Sequence record: NC_048047.1
Direction: 5' to 3' (one strand)
DNA: 64,000 bases
The notes below the pieces were generated by a model. It had not been told where the DNA came from. It searched no databases and saw only the letters and a program-made list of their open reading frames with translations. The position numbers were made by a program, and so were the translations under genes. Below, piece after piece: positions 1 to 9,955 of the stretch (its first letter is position 1; every line of letters starts with the position of its first letter).

Positions 1-420
1 CTCGTCCACCAGGACCGCCGGAAGGTCGAGTTCAACGACCTGATCTCGATGATCGAGGCGCCGGCCATCAAGTACCGGGCCGACCAAATCCTCGTCGAGG
101 ACAAGGGCTCGGGCACCCAGTACCTGCAAAACCGGGGCTCGACCGACAATCAGAAGCGTCAGGCGCCCTGTCCGCTGGTGGCGGTCAATCCTGGCGTGGC
201 CGGCAAGAGCTTCCGTTTTGACGGTGTCACGCCCATGATCGAGGGCGGCGATGTCTGGCTGCCCAAGGATGCGCCCTGGATCGAGCAGCTTCTGGTCGAG
301 ATCGGCCAGTTCCCCGACAGCGCTCACGATGACCAAGTCGACGCCATGAGCCAGTACCTCAACCACGCCAAGAAGAACCGCACCCGCTACGGCAGTCGCA
401 AGATCACCAAGCACACGTAA
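1..420 (+). CDS. terL: Terminase large subunit, C-terminal nuclease domain (5' partial)
   Basis: Frame is open from base 1. Motifs LVEDKGSGTQY and AHDDQVDAMSQYL are typical of the TerL RNase H-like nuclease domain. Confidence 0.85.
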   Translation, partial: LVHQDRRKVEFNDLISMIEAPAIKYRADQILVEDKGSGTQYLQNRGSTDNQKRQAPCPLVAVNPGVAGKSFRFDGVTPMIEGGDVWLPKDAPWIEQLLVEIGQFPDSAHDDQVDAMSQYLNHAKKNRTRYGSRKITKHT

Positions 421-595
421 CCGCCCCAAGTCGACGATAGCCGACATCTCCAGGTGTCGCCGATCGACGACTTTGACGCCTGCGGGGCGCGTTAACCATG
501 TTTGTTTACCCTCTTTGGCCCGTTAACCTTAATAAAATCCCAGGTAGTACCAGGTATGGCCGGTACTACCAGCGGTAATACCGGAGAAAAGCCCT

Positions 596-1165
596 GTGTT
601 TCGCTATCTGACCGCCCTTTTCGACCACATCGTCCACTACAAGCTCGCCCCGGCCCATCGCCGCATCGCCCCCGAGGGGCAGGCGGCCCTCGACCGCCTC
701 AAGGCGGTTGATCGCCAGATCGAGGCCGGCGTCTACCAAGGCAGCGACGTGCGCGGCACCCGCGCCTACGCCTTCCACCACATCCCGCCGCGCGAGCGCC
801 TGATCGCCGCCAACAAGGGCCGCGACGTCACCGGCCTTACCCCGCGTCGCGAGCGGCGCCTGTCGGTGGCGGGCAAGAAGCCCTGGCAGCCGCTGCTGGT
901 CACCGAGCCGCCGCGTGATCCCGAGGAACTGGCCCGTGAGCGTGAGGATGAGGCCAGCACGTTGCGCGCCAGCGCCGAGCATCTGGCCAAGCGCGCGGCC
1001 TCGCGCCTGATGCGCCAGCGGCTGGGCGAGCGCTATGCGCCTTACCGTAGCCTGGGCCAGGAGGTGCTGAGCAATGTCGGCCTGGACGCCACCTGGGTGA
1101 GGGCCGGCTATCAGCAGGCCATCGACGATGCTCACCCGATCGCCGCCACGCCGGACGAGGTCTAG
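596..1165 (+). CDS. Hypothetical protein, 189 aa
   Basis: Single clean ORF with phage-like GC3 bias downstream of an AT-rich stretch containing TTAACCAT (492) and GTTAACCTTAA (522). Confidence 0.6.
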   Translation: MFRYLTALFDHIVHYKLAPAHRRIAPEGQAALDRLKAVDRQIEAGVYQGSDVRGTRAYAFHHIPPRERLIAANKGRDVTGLTPRRERRLSVAGKKPWQPLLVTEPPRDPEELAREREDEASTLRASAEHLAKRAASRLMRQRLGERYAPYRSLGQEVLSNVGLDATWVRAGYQQAIDDAHPIAATPDEV

Positions 1166-1266
1166 GGACCCTGCGTCCAAGCCCTTGGGGACCCTGGCTG
1201 AAAAACCGCCAGGGACCCTGGACAAAACAGGTCAGGGACCCTGCGCCAAAACGGTCGGGGACCCTG
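1165..1266 (+). repeat. Five direct repeats of GGGACCCTG with a 23-24 bp period
   Basis: Copies at 1165, 1188, 1212, 1235 and 1258; four are followed within a few bases by an A4-5 tract. Confidence 0.95.
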
Positions 1267-1306
1267 GCCAAAATCGCTTCCAGCCCAGCCGGAAATTCAC
1301 ATCCCC

Positions 1307-1462
1307 ATGCTCCTTTCCCTCACCAGCCTGATCGGCGCCCTGCTGATCGCCGCCGTCGCGGTCTTCGCCCTGTGCGGCGAGATCGACTGGTGCATTGACG
1401 GCCAGTGCGGCTCCTGGCGCGGCCCCTTTGCCCCGCCCGGTCCTAGTTCATCGCTTTCGTGA
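1307..1462 (+). CDS. Possible small membrane protein, 51 aa (MLLSLTSLIGALLIAAVAVFALC...)
   Basis: Translated by hand; hydrophobic N-terminus; no clear SD; below the ORF-track length cut-off. Confidence 0.35.
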   Translation: MLLSLTSLIGALLIAAVAVFALCGEIDWCIDGQCGSWRGPFAPPGPSSSLS

Positions 1463-2093
1463 CAGGTCTTGATTTCCTTGGGCTTTTTGGCCTGCTGTCA
1501 CGATTCAAAAGGTTTCACGCGTGCCCCGAGCCCTGAAAATCCACCCAAAATGGGCGATTTTGATCGATCTCTGGCTCTGGGCGGCGGTCCGCGTCTACGC
1601 ATGGGTCCACAATGCGAGGCCGGAGGCCGGTGCGCCACCCACCAAGTCGTGAGACATGTCAAGCCCCCTCGCTTGACATGTCATAGTTTGTCCGAAAGGT
1701 GACAGCGTCGGCGCAAAAGAAATCGCGTTGACTCCGCAAACCCAGGCCAGCCTTGACGTTGCGCCATTCTCCGCAGGTTTTGCGGTGATTGCCCCGGCTA
1801 TTCGCCGCACGTGTCAGCAAAACCGCCTATGTGACGTCCTGCTTGACATGGCTCAAGTTCCGTGGCACGGGAAAGGCTCGGGCGTGTGCTCGGATGGAAA
1901 GCTCCGCTGTCGGCTTCAAGCCAAGGCCTGGGTGGAACACCAGCGCTAGACCTGCCCGCCGACGCCCTCGACCCCATGCGATCGCCGGCGGGGGACCACC
2001 GCCTTCGCCTGCCACACCCGGCGAGGATCGAAGGCGAGAAACGCCCACCAGAGCCCGCCGCCCTGGTGGGCGTTTTGGTGTCCGGCCTTGAAC

Positions 2094-2286
2094 TTGACGT
2101 CGGGCCATTTCGCCGCCGACTTGACGTCGGATCATTTGCCCGGCCGACTTGATGATCGCCCATTTCGCCTGGACTTGACGCCGGCGCATTTCAAATTTGA
2201 CGCGAGCGCATTTCCTTCCCAAATTTGACGAAAGGCCATTTCAAACTTGACTTGACGTCATTTCATTTCTTGACCTGACGCCATTC
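2094..2286 (+). repeat. Eight tandem copies of TTGA(C/T)N-N6-CATT(T/C)
   Basis: Copies start at 2094, 2121, 2149, 2175, 2197, 2225, 2247 and 2270; the 6-nt spacer length is invariant. Confidence 0.9.
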
Positions 2287-2302
2287 CATCCCGCTGGCCG
2301 GG

Positions 2303-2518
2303 TAAGGTTAACGGCCGATTAACCATGTGGCGAGTAAGGTTAATTTTCAAGGTTAACGCGCATGGTGAACGAACAGGGTTAACGCGCCTTAAGGTTACCC
2401 GTTAAGGTTAACAGGCGTTAAGGTTAACGGTTAGGGTTGAAAATTAAGGTTAACCCGGCTCAAGGCCCTACCGGCGGCCGTTAAGGTTAACGCCAGGGGC
2501 AAAATCGTTAAGGTTAAC
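2303..2518 (+). repeat. Cluster of about 10-11 same-orientation (T)TAAGGTTAAC units
   Basis: Perfect TTAAGGTTAAC at 2402, 2418, 2444, 2481 and 2508; near-matches at 2303, 2335, 2348, 2375, 2389 and 2431. TTAA-N7-TTAACCAT at 2308-2326. Confidence 0.9.
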
Positions 2519-2520
2519 GC

Positions 2521-2616
2521 CCAAAACAGCGAAAATCAGCAAAAATCGTCCAAAAATAGCGAAAATCAGCGCAAAATAGCGCTTTTTAGGCCGAAAATCA
2601 CCGAAAATCCGGTTTT
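2521..2616. other. Helically phased A-tracts (intrinsically bent DNA)
   Basis: A4-5/T5 tracts start near 2523, 2532, 2541, 2552, 2562, 2573, 2583, 2594 and 2604, a period of about 10 bp. Confidence 0.85.
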
Positions 2617-2917
2617 CTGACCCATTTTAGGGTTAATGTCGCGCCCTAACCCGATTTTGGGCGACACCCAGGCGAACGGGCGCCGGCCGGGTCGTGATCC
2701 CCGGCCGGTGGGTCAGTGGAGCAGCCAGAGCAGAAACGCCAGCGCCGCCAGTGACCAGCCGTTCAGCAATTTCAGGGTGGGCGCCTCTCTCGTCTGCCGT
2801 GGCCGCTCGCCACCCCTCATTCATCGCATACAAGAAAACTGTTGCCAAGCCCCAAAGATCGCTTGACAGCATAAAAGCCCAATGCGACAAGAGGCCATCC
2901 AAACGGGAGACACCCCA

Positions 2918-3490
2918 ATGACCGAGCAAACCCTAGACCTTCTCTATCCGGCCCTGATGCTGGAGCAGAAGATTCCCCACCGCGAAGGCATGTTGCGGCT
3001 GGCCATCGTCCTGCGCGACTTTGGCCCCAAGGCGCCCCATCGCTACGTCACCCACCTGCGGATCGAAAACCCCGTACCGGGCTCGGAACACGCCTTCACC
3101 TACAGCTATGACCACGGCACCTATTCGGCCGACCTGCGCCGCGCCACCACGGTCTATTTCGAGCGCGTCGCCGAGCGGGTCATGACCGCCATGGTCGCCC
3201 TTCACGACCTGCCCGAAGTCGCCCCGCCCCCGCCGACCGTCACCATGCCGCTCGAACTGGCCCAGACCGCCTATGGCCTGATCGATGACAACGAACTGGA
3301 CCTGTCCAAGGCCTGCGGCAACGTCACCTTGGTCGAGGCCGCCATTACCGGGCTGGCGGGCGTCCTGGGCTCGCTCAAATACTTCCGCGACGTCGAGGAA
3401 GGCAACGCCAAGCTTCTGGAGGCCTATGAAGCCGCCCAGGCCGCCCGTGACGCCGCCCTGGAGGCCGAATCCGAGGCCGAAGAGGCCTAA
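2918..3490 (+). CDS. Early hypothetical protein
   Basis: Promoter at 2863 and SD GGAGA; true start is ATG 2918 (the ORF-track start runs through the promoter). Confidence 0.8.
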   Translation: MTEQTLDLLYPALMLEQKIPHREGMLRLAIVLRDFGPKAPHRYVTHLRIENPVPGSEHAFTYSYDHGTYSADLRRATTVYFERVAERVMTAMVALHDLPEVAPPPPTVTMPLELAQTAYGLIDDNELDLSKACGNVTLVEAAITGLAGVLGSLKYFRDVEEGNAKLLEAYEAAQAARDAALEAESEAEEA

Positions 3491-3634
3491 AAGGACGCGC
3501 CCAGGCCTCCCCGGCCTGGGCGTTGCCCATTCACCAGGCGTTAAGGTTAACCGCGAAATTAGTGCGAGAAATCTGTTGACACGCATTGAGGCCCTATGCG
3601 AGAACAAAGCTCCACTTCATGAGGAGCGCCAAGC

Positions 3635-4291
3635 ATGGCCCTGCCCGATCGCCTCTTTGTTTCCACCGACGGCGCGCTTTACGACACGGCCGCAGAGGAC
3701 TGGAGCCGCCGCGCGCCCGTGCGCCGCCGCTACAATATCCTGACCAGCGAGGTCACCGATATGCAGGACGTCAAGGCCGCCCTGCGCCATGGCCCCTACG
3801 CCTTCCCCGGCGGCTATCCGCACTATTTCGTCACCCGCGACGGCGTGGCCCTGTCCTTCGACAGCGTGCGCAAGATGCTCTATCAGGTCGCGGACGATTT
3901 TCAGCATGACGCCTCGACCGGCTGGCGCATCGCCGCCATCGTCCCCAATTTCGAAGACGACGATCTCGTCTGCGACCACAGCGGCGAGAAAATCCCCTCG
4001 GCCTATGGCGCGGGCGATGAGTCGCAAGACGATGACGCCCCCATGGCCTGGGCGGTCGGCGCCAACGTCTCGGGCTTCATGCCCGACAGCGAGCCGGTGC
4101 ATTATGCCGATTGGACCGACGCGCGGCGCGGCCTGATCGACCTAATCGGACAAGCCCGCGAGGCCTACGAGGAAGACTCCGCCGAGGACGCAGCTTTCCA
4201 GACCATGCTGGACGCCTTGCGCGCCGTGCCCGATGAGGCTGAGTTCAATTGGGGCGCGGTCGGCTATCGCTGGTGGCTTGAGCGCCTGTAA
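3635..4291 (+). CDS. Early hypothetical protein with YAFPGGYP motif
   Basis: Promoter at 3576, SD GAGGAG, terminator-like hairpin after the stop. Confidence 0.8.
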   Translation: MALPDRLFVSTDGALYDTAAEDWSRRAPVRRRYNILTSEVTDMQDVKAALRHGPYAFPGGYPHYFVTRDGVALSFDSVRKMLYQVADDFQHDASTGWRIAAIVPNFEDDDLVCDHSGEKIPSAYGAGDESQDDDAPMAWAVGANVSGFMPDSEPVHYADWTDARRGLIDLIGQAREAYEEDSAEDAAFQTMLDALRAVPDEAEFNWGAVGYRWWLERL

Positions 4292-4443
4292 CCGCGAGCC
4301 CAGGCCTTCGCGCCTGGGCTTTGCCCCGCCCCCTGGGCGTTAAGGTTACCCGCGAAAATAGTGCAAGAAACCTGTTGACTCGCTTTGCCGCCCATGCGAG
4401 AACAGGGCTCAGACGAAACGACGAGACCACAAAGGAGGCCGCC

Positions 4444-4452
4444 ATGAAGTAG
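4444..4452 (+). CDS. Putative Met-Lys minigene (ATG AAG TAG)
   Basis: Strong SD AAAGGAGG at 4431-4438, 5 nt before the ATG, in the leader of the promoter-4375 transcript. Confidence 0.45.
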   Translation: MK

Positions 4453-4473
4453 CGACAATCTGGAGCACATCTC

Positions 4474-4947
4474 ATGGAAATCTACGTTGGCCTGCGTGAC
4501 GATCTGGTTCAGGTCGGGACTCATTGGGAGGACGGGGAACCGGAGTTTGCCCGTGTCATCACGGTCTATCTCCAGGCGCCTGACGGCTCCCGGATCATCC
4601 ACGATTACCGGTTCACCACGCGCGGCCCCCAAACCCAGGATGGGGATGGGATGCCATGTTGGCCACAACTCGATATCGAGGCTGTCGTCACCGAGGCGCA
4701 AGCCTTCCGCGACAAGGTGGAAGCCCATCTCAAGGCTGGTGGCCGCATCAAGCGCGAGCATTGGCGCGAGATCGATCCGGCCTACGGGTCCAGGGCCTAT
4801 GCCGATCTCGACCAGTTCGGCTATTGGCGCGCCATCGAACGTCAAGGCTGGCGCGACCATGGCGAGAACGTTCCGCCCGATCAGTGGGACGCCATCGCCG
4901 GTTTTGCCGAACCCAACGGCTGGCCCTTGCCAGACCTCTTTGCCTGA
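4474..4947 (+). CDS. Early hypothetical protein
   Basis: SD GGAG; followed by the terminator at 4952-4980. Confidence 0.8.
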   Translation: MEIYVGLRDDLVQVGTHWEDGEPEFARVITVYLQAPDGSRIIHDYRFTTRGPQTQDGDGMPCWPQLDIEAVVTEAQAFRDKVEAHLKAGGRIKREHWREIDPAYGSRAYADLDQFGYWRAIERQGWRDHGENVPPDQWDAIAGFAEPNGWPLPDLFA

Positions 4948-4951
4948 TCCC

Positions 4952-4980
4952 AAGGCCCGCCTCCCCGGCGGGCCTTTTCT
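4952..4980 (+). terminator. Intrinsic terminator AAGGCCCGCC-loop-GGCGGGCCTTTT, representative of a family closing early cassettes
   Basis: Similar hairpins plus T-tracts at about 8774-8811, 10884-10911, 13513-13539, 16822-16860, 19238-19264, 20685-20713, 21726-21755 and 22623-22649. Confidence 0.85.
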
Positions 4981-5133
4981 TGACCACCGCCTGGGGTTAA
5001 CCTTAACGTCGCCTTAAGGTTAACCCGCCCAGGCCGGCGCCCAGGCGAAAAAGATTGCGAGAAACCTGTTGACACGCATGGAAGCCCTATGCGAGAACAG
5101 GGCACCAATTCAACGCCAGCCGGGAGACACCCC

Positions 5134-8100
5134 ATGGCCCTTGTCACCGAGTCCTTTGTCGTCGATATCGACTGCACCCGCGCCCTGACTGCCGCCGAGC
5201 GGCGAGGACTGGCCGGCGCCATCGCCCAGGTCCTGGGCGTCAATATTGATCGTGTCGAGCCCGAACCGGGCGGTTTCCTGACCGCCAATATCGGCCGCGT
5301 GCGCCCGGCCGGCATGGTCGGCGCCTCAGGTCAAGAGGCTCGGATCAAGACCGAGGCCCTGACCAGCCGCGACCATGACGCGCCCGTCGCCCTGACCCTG
5401 GAGGCTGGCGAGCGCGTCGATGTCATCGCCCGCTTCTACTGCATGGCCGATGCTGAGACCTATCTGAACGAAAACCCCGACATCGACCCGGTGTCGCTGA
5501 ACCTGGGCTGCTATGGCATTGACGCGCCGTTTGGCGTGGCCAGCGACGCGGACGGCGACAAGCTCCTCTATGAGCTGGGCTATCGCCTGCACGCCACGGG
5601 CGGCGGGTCGTGGTCCTTCACCGATCCGAAGGGCTATCTCTGGGACGGCGGCGGCAAGCGTGAGGCCGTGGTCATGATCGCCCTGAAACAAGCCGCCGAC
5701 GCCGAGGAGGCCTAAGACCATGACCGGTTACACGATCAAGCTCGAAGTTCAGGTCAACCCGGCTGACAGCCTGGAGCAGGCGCGCAAGGACGTCGAGACC
5801 GCCATTATCAAGGCCGATCTTCCGGCCTGGATGGAATGGATGATCATCGACGCCGCGCCCCTGGCGCCGGTGATCGCGCCGGCCACGCGCTGGGCGACCT
5901 TCGTCGGTCAGGCCTGGATCAACGGCCACACGATGGAAGTGGACGACAGCCGCGTGAGCTACGGTGTCACTGACGAGGAGTTTGACGAAAACGGCGGGGA
6001 CGAGCCGGCCGACTTCGACGCCCTGGCCCAGGCCGCCCGCGCTCCCGACTGGGTGCGCAACTGGTCAGGCCCCTTCGACATCTACATCTCGGACATTCCA
6101 GACGGGCAGGACCCGGATATTCCGGTTTTCGGCTAAGGGTGCAAGAAAGCTGTTGACAGCATAACAGCCCTATGCGAGAAAGGGTCATAGCAAGGAGACA
6201 CCGCTATGACCCCCAACCCGACCGAAGAGGGCAAGGCCGCCGCCCGCCAATGGCTGGCCAACTCGACCAGCGAATGGGCGCCCGAGCCCAAGAACCCCTA
6301 TCGCACCCTGGCCCGGTCGATGACCGCCCGCACCGACGAGGAACGCCGCTGGGACGCGGGCTATCAGCACATCCTCGACCTGGAATTCCCCGACGACGGC
6401 GCCGAGCAGCGCGCCGAACGCGCCTTTGGCTGCTAGAGAGGTCCGCCGGCTCACCCCGGCGGACTTTCCACCACCGCCCGGCGTTAACCTTAACGCCGCC
6501 TTAAGGTTACCCGCGAAAATAGTGCAAGAAAGCTGTTGACAGCATAGAGGCCCTATGCGAGAAAGGCTCATCGAAACGGGAGACACCCCATGGACGACAC
6601 CTATCCGCCCCTGACCCCCGGCCAGCAGGACGCCCTGGTCGCCTTCGCTGACCAGCATGGCGGCCTGGGCGAGGCCTGGAAGGAAGCCCTCGGCGACGCC
6701 TGGAGGACGTGCAGCGAGCCCGAGGCGCTCAAGGCCGACCTGCGGACCATCCGCAACACCTATGGCCCCTCCTGGCTCTATGATGAATACGCCTGGGGCT
6801 GGCGCCCGACCCTGCCGGCCTGGGAGCGCGCCGGGCGCTGGACCGACACCCCGCCCGAGCCGACGCCGGGCAAGGCCCGCTGGAGCGCCGCCTTCGACCC
6901 GCCGGCCATCGGCGAGCGCGTCCGGGTGACCACCAACGGCCTGGGCTGGGCCAAGGTCACCGGCTACTTCGTCGAAGGCGACTGGCTGGGCGTGATCGTC
7001 AAGCTGGAGGCCCCGGCCGACTGGTATGTCAAACAGAACGGCGGCAACGTCCCCGGCCACAGCTTCGGGACCGAGATCGCCCTGACCGACCCCGCGTGAC
7101 CTGGGCGGCCCTGGCTGGGAGACCAGCCGGGGCGACGCCTTGGCCGGCGCGGTTAACCTTAAGGCCGCGTTAAGGTTAACCGCCCGCGCCCTCCGCCCGG
7201 CGAAAGAAAATGCAAGAAAGCTGTTGACACGCATCCGAGACCTATGCGAGAAAGGCGCATCGAACAACGGAGGCCCTTCCATGGCCAAGCTTTTCAGCGA
7301 TCTCCAAGACCTTGCCACCTCGACCTATGTCGTGCGCATCGTCGACAATGGCGGCGAGAGCGCCGACCGTTACACGATCGTCACCGCCGATGGCGACTAT
7401 TACGCCTACAGCGCCAATCCCTCCCATCCCCAAGGCGTGGGCCTGAGCGGCGAGGGCATCGACCCGCAAGTTCTGGCCGACTGGGTAGAGCGCGGGCAGG
7501 CCATCGACCTGACCATCGGCGAACTACCCGAGGGCGCCGCCCGCTGCCTGCTGGCGTCGATCAACGCCAGCGTCGAGGACTTCCTGGCCGCTGTCCTGGA
7601 CCCGACGTCCAACGCCGTGGCCCCGACCCGCGAAAAGGCGGAGATCAACGAGGGCGTCATGGATTGCTTCGGCAAGGGCATCTATCGTGTCGGCGAGGGT
7701 TTCGCCGTGCGTATGGATGGCATGGACGCGGGCGATGATCGCGGACCGTTCATGACCGCTGTCGATGCGGTCAAGGCCACCCTCCCCGATGAATACGCCT
7801 GGGCGGGCGAGGAATACCTGTCGCCGCGCGACATGACCAAGGTCACGCCCGAAGCCAAGCCGCTCGTCTTGGTTCACGCCCTGGAGGCCATTCGCGACTA
7901 TGAATATCAGCGCGACACACCCGGCGCGTTTTTCGACGGCCTGCACAAGGACGACACTGACGCGGGCCTGGGCATCGTGCGCCGCACGCGCTACCTGTCC
8001 AAGGTCACCGGTGATGCGACCATCGTCGGGCTGATCGGCGAGGCGCCGGCTTTCGCCCTGGCCCATGCGTGCCTCGACCAACTGTGGACCCTGGCGCAAG

Positions 8101-8754
8101 AGCGTTGGGAGGCGGGCCAGTGAGCGCCCGCGAACGCCGCGCCCTCGCCGAACTGCTGGCCCTCTTCCATGCCGTCAATAGCGGCCATGTCAAGGGCCGC
8201 AACCCCTACGCCTTCCCGGCCGTCAAGCTCGCCAACGCGGCGTTGACGGGCGATCCGCTGGACGGGGGATTCCACGTCGCCGAAGCGCTGGACACCCTGC
8301 GCACGTCCGATGGCAAGGCGCTGCTATTCGACACCGAATTTCCCGAAGAAAGCGGTTGACAGCATAAGGGGCCTATGCGAGAAAGGGTCATCAACGGAGA
8401 CACCCCGCCCATGTGGACCGACAAGACGTTCAAGACCCGGACCGCCAAGGAGGCCTGGATCGCCCGCAACGAAGACCGCTATCAGATCGTCGAGATCGTG
8501 GTCTGCAACGCTTACGGCGTGTCCTACAAGCCCCTGCGACGCGTCTACTAGGAGACCCGCCCATGATCCCCGACTCGGTCCGCAACCCCAAGGACCACTG
8601 GACCCCCATCGCCACCCGCGCCGAGGCGGACGCCCTGGCCTTCCGCTACAACCAAGACGACGACGGCCCCGGCCTCTACGAGGTCCACGAAAAGGGCGCG
8701 ACCTTCGCCATCGCCTACTATGACGAAGACGGCGTGTTCTGCGCCTACGTCTAG
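5134..8754 (+). other. Run of early hypothetical genes
   Basis: CDSs at 5134-5715, 5720-6136, 6206-6436, 6590-7099, 7281-8123, 8120-8359, 8411-8551 (46 aa, hand-translated) and 8563-8754. Each has an SD and/or a promoter, and the CDSs tile tightly. Confidence 0.75.
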
Positions 8755-8943
8755 CCGTCACCTCGTCACCTTGAAGGCCGGCGCCGCTCTCCTGGCGCCG
8801 GCCTTTTCTTTGCGCCCGGCCGCCCGGTTAATCTTAAGGCGGCGTTAAGGTTAACCCGCCGCATCCCGCCCTGATGCAAAAAACCTGTTGACACGCATGG
8901 AAGCCCTATGCGAGAAAGACGACGAACACGGGAGACACCCCTT

Positions 8944-9948
8944 ATGACCACCGCCACCATCGCCGGCGCCGAACACACGATGATCGGACAAGCCGCCTAC
9001 CGCTCCACCCAGCGCCCGCATCAAGTGCAGGACATGGCCTATGGCGCGTTCCCGGCCGCCACGTCGGACTCGCCCTTCGCCGTCAAGCCTGCCTGCGGCA
9101 AGACCCCGAGCGCGCGCGTGCTGGAGGACTTCGACCCCGCCGACGTCTTCACCATCAAGCCGCGTGATCGCGGCGACGGCTTCCTTGCGGTCGCCAACTT
9201 CGGCGGCTCTGAGGTGTCGTGGATCAGCGTCGCCGGCTATGGCGACACCGAAGACGCCGCGCGCGCCAACCTCATGGCCAAGTTCATCGACGATCGCGAC
9301 GGCAAGAGCAAGTTTGGCCCCCATGAGCCGCTCAAGGGCTATGACTGGTCCTATAAGCTGGCGCCCTATTGGGACATGCTGGAGCGCGAGGCCGCCATTC
9401 GCCAGCCCTTCAAGCGCACGCTCTACCTGGGCAAGCTGAAGTCGGGCCGCCCCAATCCCAAGGGCTTTGACGTGTTCGTCGATGTCGAATGGACCGGCGA
9501 GCGCCTGAGTCTGTCGGGCGTCATCGGCCCCAAGGCCAATGGCAACGCCTGGGGCGGCTGTGGTCAGATCGTCGGCAGTCTTGCGCGCAAGGACTTTCTG
9601 GAGTTCGCCCCGTCCTGGCATTATGGCTCGGCCCTTGACGGTCTGGTCAAGGCCTGGACCCGCTGGCACCTGAACGACATGCGCGCCGGCACGCCTCGCC
9701 AGCAAGAACACCTGCGAGGCTATCAGGCCAAGCGCAACATTGAGCAGGCCAAGGCCGCCGGCGCCCACCATCTCGACGCCACCCGCGCCGAACTGGCGCG
9801 CGTCCATCTGGAGCCCGACACCTGGGAGCGCCGCAACGGCCGGCCCTATAGCTACGGCTCCGCATGGTTGCGCGAGGAGGTCCCCACCTTCGTTCTCGAC
9901 TTCCTGCGCAATCTCCCCGCCCCCGTCAAAACCAGCCCCTGGAGGTAA
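8944..9948 (+). CDS. Early hypothetical protein, 334 aa
   Basis: Promoter at 8888, SD GGAGA, ATG 8944. Confidence 0.8.
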   Translation: MTTATIAGAEHTMIGQAAYRSTQRPHQVQDMAYGAFPAATSDSPFAVKPACGKTPSARVLEDFDPADVFTIKPRDRGDGFLAVANFGGSEVSWISVAGYGDTEDAARANLMAKFIDDRDGKSKFGPHEPLKGYDWSYKLAPYWDMLEREAAIRQPFKRTLYLGKLKSGRPNPKGFDVFVDVEWTGERLSLSGVIGPKANGNAWGGCGQIVGSLARKDFLEFAPSWHYGSALDGLVKAWTRWHLNDMRAGTPRQQEHLRGYQAKRNIEQAKAAGAHHLDATRAELARVHLEPDTWERRNGRPYSYGSAWLREEVPTFVLDFLRNLPAPVKTSPWR

Positions 9949-9955
9949 CCCGCCC

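Noticed and set aside
543-570. Inverted repeat GGTAGTACC...GGTACTACC before the 596 gene
   Set aside because: A single occurrence with no second copy found; too little evidence to assign a function.
1463-2093. tRNA or protein-coding genes in the left non-coding block
   Set aside because: No cloverleaf or T-loop signature found; the ORFs have atypical composition and no SD.
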